This document shows positions 40,369 through 48,103 of a DNA stretch of 64,000 nt, piece by piece (position 1 is the stretch's first letter; each line of letters opens with the position of its first letter). Position numbers and translations under genes: made by a program. The DNA comes from Candidatus Bipolaricaulia bacterium. GTDB taxonomy: Bacteria > Bipolaricaulota > Bipolaricaulia > RBG-16-55-9. Where the stretch lies: positions 1 through 64,000 of the forward strand of contig JBDGQO010000033.1 in assembly GCA_042219045.1 (NCBI GenBank). The letters are read 5' to 3'. The notes under the pieces are model-generated. The model worked only from the letters and a program-made list of their open reading frames with translations. It was not told the DNA's origin and searched no databases.

Positions 40369-42569
40369 ACCGACGGCACATGTCGACTTGTCAGGTCATT
40401 GCCATCGCGACGATCGCGCTAGTGGTGGGCGCCTCGTCGCTCGGAATGGCGCAGAGTTCGGACGTTGACCAGATTGATCTGCCGCCGACGCACCGAGCGA
40501 CGCTCGACAACGGCCTCAAGGTGCTGGTGCTGGAACAGCACAACCTGCCGATCGTGCAGTTCAACCTCCGCGTCGGCGCGGGCGGCTCCGCCCGCGATCC
40601 GGACGGGAAATCCGGACTGGCGTCGTTCACAGCACAGATGCTCACCGAAGGAACAGAGAACCGCAGCGGCGACGAGATCGCCCAGCAGATCGACTTCGTC
40701 GGCGGGCAGCTGGGCGCCAGCGCCTCGTCGGACCATGCCACGGTCAACGCGCGCGTGTTGCGCGACGACTTCGAGGTCGGGTTGAATCTCTTGGCCGACG
40801 TCGCCATTGACGCGACGTTTCCCGAGTCGAACATGTCGACGGTTCGGCGACAGCTGGTCGGCAACGTCAAGTCGGCCCAAGACGATCCCGGTTCGCTCGT
40901 CGACCGCCGCTTCCGCAACATGCTCTTTGGGGGCGATCATCCGTTAGGCCGAGCATCGACGGAGAGCTCGATCAACGCCATCTCGCGGAGCGATCTCGTC
41001 AAGTTCCACAAGACCCACTACCGCCCGAACGTGTCCACGCTCGTCATCGCTGGCGACGTGACGCCCTCGGCCATCATGCCCAAGGTGCGCGAGGCGTTCG
41101 GTTCCTGGCAGCGGGCGTCGGTGCCCGAGCTGGATCTGGAATCGCCCTCGACGCCCAAGTCGAACGACGCGCTCTTTGTCCACAAGCCGGGTCAGACCCA
41201 AGTCCAGATCAGGCTTGGCGAGCCTGGGCTGGCCGTGTCGAGCGACGACTACCTCGCCATGCAGATCGCCAACTACGTCCTCGGAGGTGGGGCGTTCTCG
41301 TCTCGGCTGTTGCAGGTCGTGCGCTCCGAGGCCGGCCAGACGTACGCGATCAGCAGCCAGTACGCGTCGTACGAGTTCCCCGGCTACTTCCAAGTGAGCA
41401 CGTTTACGCGCAACAACCAGCTCAAAGACACCCTCCAGCTGGTCATGGACGAACTTTCCAAGTTCCGCTCCGAGGGATTGACGGAAGATGAGCTCGACGC
41501 CGCCAAGGACCACATCGCCGGCAGCTACGTGCTCGGCCTGGAGACGCTGTCGGGTCTAGCCAACGAGGTGCAGAACGCGATTGCTTACGATCGCGGCCTC
41601 GACTGGATCCGGAATTACAAGCGCACGATCCGTTCATTCACGCTGGAGGAGATCAATCAGACGATTCCGAAGCATCTCCACCCGAGCAGCCTCCAGATGG
41701 CTTTGCTCGGTGACTTCAAGACGCTAGCCCAACTCAACAAACGGACGGATCAACTGGTCGAGGGCGTGGCGCTCAGTGATGTCAACGTCGTGGAGTGGAC
41801 CCAGCCGTTGGGTGCCGAGCCGATGAGCTTTACGGCGTACAACGACCAGCGCCAGCAGGCGCAACAGCCGCTGACGCTGGAGTGGAACGCCGACGTCGGC
41901 GAGGACGCGCGGTCCGTGTTGGAAAACGTCATCAAGGCCGAAGGCGGCGCCGACGCGCTGGAGTCGCTCACGTCGTATCATGCCGTCGGCCAAGGCATCG
42001 TACGCCAACGGGGCCAGACGATGAGCGCCCAGATCGAGACCTGGGTTGATCCTCCCTTGAAAGTCCGCCAGCGGACGACGATCTCGCGCGGCGATCAAGC
42101 GATTGCCGTGGATTATCTGTGGAACGGCGAACAGGGTTGGGTCGGCCAAGGCCAAAACTGGCGAGACATGCCGGCCGATCTGACGCGCGAGATGAAGGTC
42201 GGCATGGTGTTCGATCCGGTCTTTGCGCCGCTGTTCATCAGCCGTGAGGGCTATCAGTTCACCCACAAGGGACAGGTCGAAATCGGAGATAGGAAGGCGG
42301 ATGTGATCCAGGTGACGACGCCGGAGGGCCAATCGGGCAAGCTCTACTACGACACCGAAGCCCATCTCTTGCGCCGCTTGGAGCGTCCGGAGAAAGCCGG
42401 GCAGACCCGGACGACGTATTACCGCGATTATCGCAAGGTGAACGGCTACATGGTCCCGTTCTTCCGCGAGACCGTCGTGGCCGGTCAGACGATCAGCCGC
42501 GTCCAGCTCCAGACCGTGGAGATCAATCAGGAGCTGGACCCCTCGCTCTTCCAGAACCCCACAAACTGA
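40365..42569 (+). CDS. M16 peptidase non-catalytic subunit with an extra C-terminal beta-rich domain
   Basis: Signal peptide; HXXEH replaced by SFTAQ; LGGGAFSSRLLQVVRSEAGQTY; ~230-aa extra C-terminal domain. Confidence 0.85.
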   Translation: MNRRHMSTCQVIAIATIALVVGASSLGMAQSSDVDQIDLPPTHRATLDNGLKVLVLEQHNLPIVQFNLRVGAGGSARDPDGKSGLASFTAQMLTEGTENRSGDEIAQQIDFVGGQLGASASSDHATVNARVLRDDFEVGLNLLADVAIDATFPESNMSTVRRQLVGNVKSAQDDPGSLVDRRFRNMLFGGDHPLGRASTESSINAISRSDLVKFHKTHYRPNVSTLVIAGDVTPSAIMPKVREAFGSWQRASVPELDLESPSTPKSNDALFVHKPGQTQVQIRLGEPGLAVSSDDYLAMQIANYVLGGGAFSSRLLQVVRSEAGQTYAISSQYASYEFPGYFQVSTFTRNNQLKDTLQLVMDELSKFRSEGLTEDELDAAKDHIAGSYVLGLETLSGLANEVQNAIAYDRGLDWIRNYKRTIRSFTLEEINQTIPKHLHPSSLQMALLGDFKTLAQLNKRTDQLVEGVALSDVNVVEWTQPLGAEPMSFTAYNDQRQQAQQPLTLEWNADVGEDARSVLENVIKAEGGADALESLTSYHAVGQGIVRQRGQTMSAQIETWVDPPLKVRQRTTISRGDQAIAVDYLWNGEQGWVGQGQNWRDMPADLTREMKVGMVFDPVFAPLFISREGYQFTHKGQVEIGDRKADVIQVTTPEGQSGKLYYDTEAHLLRRLERPEKAGQTRTTYYRDYRKVNGYMVPFFRETVVAGQTISRVQLQTVEINQELDPSLFQNPTN

Positions 42570-42606
42570 CGCGGCGTACTACGCGTCGCAATCGAGCGAA
42601 TCGCGA

Positions 42607-42635
42607 CAAGGGGCGGCCCCCATGGCCGCCCCTTG
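42607..42635 (+). terminator. Hairpin/terminator after the M16 pair
   Basis: CAAGGGGCGGCC-5 nt-GGCCGCCCCTTG. Confidence 0.6.
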
Positions 42636-42738
42636 GTCATGCACGTCGTGCCGACGGTTGACGCGTTCCCCCGTCGTCGGGCTATGATTGGGCAACCGTC
42701 GCAAGTCGAATCCCAAAGGGCAGGGGGGAATGGACGTG

Positions 42739-43755
42739 ATGCGCTCTCCGACGTTGACACGCTGGCTCCGCCGAACGTTGGTGGTGCTGGTTGGATTGGC
42801 GATAGTGGGCGCGGCGTGGAGCGGCAACGCTCAAGCGCCGTCGCTGGAGCTAGAGCAGTCGCTCGATCCCGCCAGCATCGCCGTTCGCGGAGAGGGCGAT
42901 ACCGACACGGCCTCCATGACGCTTACGATCCGGGCTCCCGAAGCCAACAGCTCGTCGCTGGATGTGGTCTTAGCGCTCGATCGGTCGGCCAGCGTTGACC
43001 TCAGCCGCGTGCAGCACGTCGCCCTCGCCGTCGTTGATCACTTGGCGCCCGGCGACCAGGCGGGCGTCGTGTCGTTCGCGAACCGCGCTGGCGTTGATCA
43101 AGCGCTGACCGACGACCGAACGTCGGTTCGCAACGCCATCCGTGGGCTCGAATCGGATGCACTGACGGCGCTCGGCGACGGCCTGCGACTGGCCATCGAC
43201 GAGCTGACGTCCAATGGGCGTTCCGACGCGCAGCCGCTGGTCGTGTTGCTCACCGACGGCGTCAATTTGACCGGCCGTTCCGCGCTTCCCGAGGCGGCTC
43301 GGGCCGCTAAGCACGACATCCCCGTCATGGCAATCGGCGCGGCGGATTCGCTGCGAACACGCATCATGCACAACGTTGCGCGTCGGGCCAACGGCGTCTT
43401 CTACGAGCGCTTCAGCACGGACGTCTTGGAGTCCGTCTTCCGTCGCGTCGATCGGCCGGTGGTGGCCCGCTCGCTCCAACTGCGGGACGCGATCGCGAGT
43501 AAGCTCAACTACGTCGGAGCCGAGGAGAACCCGCCATCGGTGCTGCCGGGCGACGCCGTGACCCAGTTGGAATGGCATACGCCGACCATGTTTGCCGGCG
43601 AGGTCTGGACGACGACGTATCGCCTCAGCGGCGATGAAGCGGGCACATATCGGCTGCACCGTCGACCGTCCGGGCTGAGCTATCGTCACCCATCCGGCAA
43701 CGAGGTCGATGTGGCGTTTCCCAAGCGCCCCCAATTGACGGTCGAGCAGCCCTGA
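42739..43755 (+). CDS. Secreted von Willebrand factor A domain protein
   Basis: Signal peptide; MIDAS DRSAS...T...LLTDG; C-terminal beta-rich domain. Confidence 0.82.
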   Translation: MRSPTLTRWLRRTLVVLVGLAIVGAAWSGNAQAPSLELEQSLDPASIAVRGEGDTDTASMTLTIRAPEANSSSLDVVLALDRSASVDLSRVQHVALAVVDHLAPGDQAGVVSFANRAGVDQALTDDRTSVRNAIRGLESDALTALGDGLRLAIDELTSNGRSDAQPLVVLLTDGVNLTGRSALPEAARAAKHDIPVMAIGAADSLRTRIMHNVARRANGVFYERFSTDVLESVFRRVDRPVVARSLQLRDAIASKLNYVGAEENPPSVLPGDAVTQLEWHTPTMFAGEVWTTTYRLSGDEAGTYRLHRRPSGLSYRHPSGNEVDVAFPKRPQLTVEQP

Positions 43756-43778
43756 GCGGTCACGTCGAGGTCGAGCGC

Positions 43779-44117
43779 ATGAACACGGACCGCTTTGCCG
43801 ACTACCAGCGCGAGTCACGCAAGACTTGGAACGAGATCCGCATGGATCATCCGATCGTCTATCCGACGATGGGACTGGTCAACGAAGCGGGCGAGCTCGC
43901 AGGCAAGGTCAAAAAGCTATTTCGCGACAAAGACGGGCACATCGACGACGAGGATCGCGAAGCGCTCAAGGGCGAGCTCGGCGACTGCCTCTGGTATCTC
44001 ACCCAAGTCTGCACGGAGCTTGAGCTCTCGCTTGACGAGGTGGCGGGCACCAACCTCGACAAGCTCTTCTCCCGTTTGGAGCGCGGAAAGATCGGCGGCG
44101 AAGGCGACGACCGCTGA
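43779..44117 (+). CDS. MazG-like nucleoside triphosphate pyrophosphohydrolase
   Basis: GLVNEAGELAGKVKK, ELGDCLWYL, NLDKLFSRLERG. Confidence 0.88.
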   Translation: MNTDRFADYQRESRKTWNEIRMDHPIVYPTMGLVNEAGELAGKVKKLFRDKDGHIDDEDREALKGELGDCLWYLTQVCTELELSLDEVAGTNLDKLFSRLERGKIGGEGDDR

Positions 44118-44132
44118 GCTTGTCATCGGCTG

Positions 44133-44789
44133 ATGATCGACGTCGACCTCGCGCTGCGCCGTGTCGAAGGGGCCGTCGAAGCCTATCCGAAGGCGGGTCT
44201 ATTCGAACTGGCTGAGGAGGGATTCCGATCCCCGTTTGAGATCCTCACTGCCTGCATGATCTCCATCCGCACCAAGGACGAAACGCTTATGCCGATCGCT
44301 CGTCGCCTGTTTGGACAAGCTCGGTCGCCGACCGAGATGGCTGATCTATCGGTGGCGACGATCGGCGAGTTGATCCAAGGGTGCGCGTTTGCGGCGCGCA
44401 AGGCCGAGCAGATCCATGACATCGCAAGGTTTTTGAGTGAGCACTATCGCGGCGAGCTGCCGTGCAGTCGTGATCTGATGCTGTCGTTCAAGGGTGTTGG
44501 GCCGAAGTGTGCGAATCTCGCGCTCGGCATCGCCTGCGGCGAGCCCCCCTCGATCCCCGTTGACGTCCACGTCCATCGGATCGTCAACCGCTGGGGCTAC
44601 GTCGACACGTCATCGCCGGAGCGGACAATGGCGGAACTGGAGGCCAAGCTTCCGCGCGAGCATTGGCTGGCCATCAATCGGCTCTTGGTGCCCTTCGGCA
44701 AGCACGTCTGCACGAGCCAGCGCCCGCGCTGCTCAGATTGCCCGTTGGCGGCCATGTGCCCGCAGATCGGCGTGGAGCGCCCGGCTTAG
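44133..44789 (+). CDS. nth: Endonuclease III
   Basis: HhH GVGPKCANL, VDVHVHRI, Fe-S CX6CX2CX5C. Confidence 0.9.
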   Translation: MIDVDLALRRVEGAVEAYPKAGLFELAEEGFRSPFEILTACMISIRTKDETLMPIARRLFGQARSPTEMADLSVATIGELIQGCAFAARKAEQIHDIARFLSEHYRGELPCSRDLMLSFKGVGPKCANLALGIACGEPPSIPVDVHVHRIVNRWGYVDTSSPERTMAELEAKLPREHWLAINRLLVPFGKHVCTSQRPRCSDCPLAAMCPQIGVERPA

Positions 44790-45586
44790 GTTCGACCCAC
44801 CAGACGATGCGCGACCGCCAGGACGAGGCGTTGCGGGGCCCGACGGGCGAGGAACGCGCCGAGCTTGTTTTTCCAACCGGGCACGACCACCCGCTTGCCG
44901 TTCATGAGGCCGCGGTAACCGGCGTCCACGACCGGGTCGACGTCCATGACCAGCTGCCGATGCGTTAGCCCGGAACGCTCCATGGAAGCACGCTCCAAAA
45001 ACGGCGTGGACGTCGGCCCTGGGCAGAGGGCCGTGACGCTCACGCCGTGCGGACGCAGTTCGGCGTGGAGCGCTTCCGACAGCGACAGAACGTAGGCCTT
45101 GGTGGCGAAGTAGACCGCCATGCTCGGCCCGGGCTGGAACGCCGCCGTGGAGGCGACGTTGAGGATGCGTCCCTGCTCGCGGTCGATCATCGACGGCAAC
45201 AGCCGATGGGTCAGTTCGGTCAGCGCGTGGACGTGGACCTGAATCATCTCCAGTTGTGCCGTCAAGTCGGTCTCGAGGAACGGCCCGTAGGTGCCGAAGC
45301 CGGCATTGTTGACCAGCACGTCGACGTTCACGTTCGTGATCGTCAGGTGGTGCAGAAGCGTCTCGACCGCTGAGGGCTCGGCCAGGTCTTGGGGGCAGTC
45401 GGAGACGGGAACGCCGTAGGTCGACTCCAGGTCGCGTCGGAGGTTGGCCAACCGGGTCTCGTTGCGCGCCACGACGGCCAGCTCGAAGCCGTCCTGGGCG
45501 AAGCGCTCGGCGAGCCCGCGGCCGATGCCGCTGGTCGCCCCCGTGATCAGAGCCGTGGGTCGCTGCGTCTGTCCGGAATCGCTCAT
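44786..45586 (-). CDS. Short-chain dehydrogenase/reductase
   Basis: TGATSGIG, NNAG, S..YFATK, CPGPT. Confidence 0.9.
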   Translation of the reverse strand: MSDSGQTQRPTALITGATSGIGRGLAERFAQDGFELAVVARNETRLANLRRDLESTYGVPVSDCPQDLAEPSAVETLLHHLTITNVNVDVLVNNAGFGTYGPFLETDLTAQLEMIQVHVHALTELTHRLLPSMIDREQGRILNVASTAAFQPGPSMAVYFATKAYVLSLSEALHAELRPHGVSVTALCPGPTSTPFLERASMERSGLTHRQLVMDVDPVVDAGYRGLMNGKRVVVPGWKNKLGAFLARRAPQRLVLAVAHRLVGRT

Positions 45587-45639
45587 GCGCAGGCGCCATC
45601 CACCTCAACGGTAGGTAGCCTAGTCGACAGGCGCACGGA

Positions 45640-45894
45640 TCACAAGTCGGCGCGTTCGCGCAGCGCTTCGACAAAGAGCATCTCGTTCACCGTCAGGGAT
45701 TCGCCCGATTCGAGCTTGGGGGGCAACGCCCGGAGGTCGATCAGGCGCCAGTAGCGGCCGCGATGCCGAAAGCGGCACCGGCGTTTTGCGACGAACGCCC
45801 GGCAGCGTTCACAGTAATACGCTCGGCCCGCCGCATCGGCGCGCTCCAGTTGAGCCCGAAGATGGGCGGCGAGGTCGATGGATCGCTTGGCCAT
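45640..45894 (-). CDS. Small basic hypothetical protein with putative Zn site
   Basis: 84 aa, YCERC...RCRFRH; fills the gap between VKOR and SDR on the same strand. Confidence 0.5.
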   Translation of the reverse strand: MAKRSIDLAAHLRAQLERADAAGRAYYCERCRAFVAKRRCRFRHRGRYWRLIDLRALPPKLESGESLTVNEMLFVEALRERADL

Positions 45895-45962
45895 GGCCGG
45901 GTTATCCCGACCCACATTGACCCATAGCGTGGAGCCATGCAAGGGATCATAACGGTGGGGTG

Positions 45963-46406
45963 TCACCTTGCCGTTTGCGCGCGCATGTCCCGCAGCACCC
46001 ATACCGACAACAGCCAGGTGAGCAAGCCGATGACGGCGGAGGTAAGACACCAGGAGCAGAGCGCGTGGATGACGTAGAATTCCAGATACGTCAGATAGAC
46101 GGCGAAGACGACGCCGGCCTGCGCGATCCCGAACACGGCCAGCTGGCAATAGCTCGCCACCGGCGGATTGGTGCGGAGACTGGCCAGTTGCAGCGCCAAA
46201 ATGCCCACATGCGATGCCAGTCCAATGGCGGAAAGGGGGACGCCGAAAATTTCCGAATAGACAGAATTGTCGACAGTTTGGCAGCCCGACCCCGTGAAGC
46301 AGACGATCGGCGCCACGAAGTGCTCGAACAGCAAGTAAGCGGAGACGCCGATGCCCAGCAGGGCGAGCATCATGATTCCAGCCCGCAGGAGAAGATCACG
46401 GTCCAT
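45963..46406 (-). CDS. Vitamin K epoxide reductase (VKOR) family protein
   Basis: CFTGSGCQTVDNSVYS loop, active-site CSWC, four TMs. Confidence 0.9.
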   Translation of the reverse strand: MDRDLLLRAGIMMLALLGIGVSAYLLFEHFVAPIVCFTGSGCQTVDNSVYSEIFGVPLSAIGLASHVGILALQLASLRTNPPVASYCQLAVFGIAQAGVVFAVYLTYLEFYVIHALCSWCLTSAVIGLLTWLLSVWVLRDMRAQTAR

Positions 46407-46417
46407 GATGGATCAGG

Positions 46418-47410
46418 TCACGGGCTTGACGAAGCCCGCTCCAGTTCCTCCTTGATGATCTCCTCGAACGCCGAGAACGGCTGGGCCCCGATCAGGAGCC
46501 GCCCGTTGATAAAGAACGTCGGCGTGCCGATCTGCTCCGCTCGTTGCTGGTCCTGTTTCGGAAGGTCGTTGATCAACGCCGAGAGGGATTCGCGGTCGTC
46601 CATCACCGACGCGAACTTCGGGTCCTCGTTCAAGCAGTCGACATAGGCGGCGTTGCAGGCGTCGGCGTCGCTTGTGTCTCCCGACTGGCAGGCTTGAAAT
46701 TCCTGCTCGCATTGCGAGGCAAGCGACGCATAGCGATCCAAACAGCGATTGAACACCCGCATGTCGAGCTCGATATTGGCGGCCAGTTCCTTCAGGTCAT
46801 TCGTCTCCAGGTGCTGCGAGTCGGATACGTTCTGCTCGGGAAATATGCGCTTGAACAGCGCATCGGCGTAGGTCCAGAACGCGTCCTGGGCGTGGGCGCA
46901 CTCCGCGGCCACGGCCGACTCGATTGAAGCCATGCCGTGGACCGTCAAATTCCGGAAGACGTAGCGGACTTTGTCCGTCTCAATGTAGGTCTTTTCCAGC
47001 TTAGGAAACGTCTCCCACATGAATTCCGCACAGTAGGGGCAATAGAACTCGCCGAACTCGATGATCGTCACGGGGGCATTGGAATCGCCTAGCGTCGGGT
47101 CCGCTGACGCCACTGGCTCAGGAGGCGTTGGTGTCTCGTTCGCGGTTGTCGATGGAGGAGACGATTCGTCAGACGATGTCGACTTATCCGTGCCTCCCGC
47201 TTTCTTGGTCTCATCGGCCGAACGTTCGGGCGTGTCAGGCATATCCGGTTTGGGGGACTCCACGACTTGATCAGCCGAGTCCGGTCCCCGAGCCAAGTGG
47301 GCTGACCACTGGCTCAAGCCGATCAGCAGCCCCGCAGCCACAGCCGCCAGAATGGCTGCAAGGGCGATCATCGAACGGGATGGTGCCATGTCGCTCCGCG
47401 GTTCCGGCAT
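46418..47410 (-). CDS. Membrane-anchored DsbA-family thiol-disulfide oxidoreductase with Cys-rich insert
   Basis: APVTIIEFGEFYCPYC, AAECA, GTPTFFING, GAQP; adjacent to VKOR. Confidence 0.88.
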   Translation of the reverse strand: MPEPRSDMAPSRSMIALAAILAAVAAGLLIGLSQWSAHLARGPDSADQVVESPKPDMPDTPERSADETKKAGGTDKSTSSDESSPPSTTANETPTPPEPVASADPTLGDSNAPVTIIEFGEFYCPYCAEFMWETFPKLEKTYIETDKVRYVFRNLTVHGMASIESAVAAECAHAQDAFWTYADALFKRIFPEQNVSDSQHLETNDLKELAANIELDMRVFNRCLDRYASLASQCEQEFQACQSGDTSDADACNAAYVDCLNEDPKFASVMDDRESLSALINDLPKQDQQRAEQIGTPTFFINGRLLIGAQPFSAFEEIIKEELERASSSP

Positions 47411-47469
47411 TGCGTTCGTTCTTGACCCTAAGGTCTTTTATAGGGGTGGTACCCGCCCGATGGAATGAC

Positions 47470-48084
47470 TCAGCTCAGGCGCTCGCCCGCTTCGACCTCA
47501 AGCGGCAAGGTGTTCTCCGGCGGCGCAAGCGGGCATACCCAGTCGCGGCTGTAGGCGCATGAGGGATGATAGGCAAAGTTGAAGTCGAGGACGAGCGAGT
47601 CGGCGTCCCCGCCGAGATCGGCACCCTTAATCGTGTCGAGGAGATAGCGTCCGCCTCCGTAGGTCGTCCGTCCATTGGTGTGATCCTTGAAGGGCAGAAA
47701 AAGCCCGCCGCCATAGCCGGCAATCCAGAACAACCCCAGCTGGGCTTCATGGTGTCCAATGGGCACACTGACCTTGCCGATGCGCGTCAGCCGGAGCATC
47801 CCCTCCGGAAGCTCGATATCACGGGTCTCGCCATCGGCGGGCTCGATGACGAGTCCGGTCATCCGCCAGTTCGGGTCGTAGGGATAATAGGGAAGGCCCG
47901 CGAACGGTTGGGGTAGCTCAGCCGTCAACGGCGAACTCGGGTGGTCTCGGACCAGGCGGTCGCGCTGCTCGCGGAAATGCCGCCATGCCCGTTCGGGATC
48001 TTGGGCGGCGATCGAACGGACTTCGGCGTAGAGATCCGCTATGGCGCGACGCCAGTCAGCCAAGTTGAGGCCCGCAGATGGCAT
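47470..48084 (-). CDS. DUF1684 family protein
   Basis: PFKDHTNGRTTYGGGRYL, LDFNFAYHPSCAY, CPLAPPEN. Confidence 0.85.
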   Translation of the reverse strand: MPSAGLNLADWRRAIADLYAEVRSIAAQDPERAWRHFREQRDRLVRDHPSSPLTAELPQPFAGLPYYPYDPNWRMTGLVIEPADGETRDIELPEGMLRLTRIGKVSVPIGHHEAQLGLFWIAGYGGGLFLPFKDHTNGRTTYGGGRYLLDTIKGADLGGDADSLVLDFNFAYHPSCAYSRDWVCPLAPPENTLPLEVEAGERLS

Positions 48085-48103
48085 AACCGAGTCGCTCCCC
48101 GAG

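Noticed and set aside
43779..44117. MazG-like gene as a prophage remnant
   Set aside because: Flanked by VWA and nth; no phage genes, integrase or att sites
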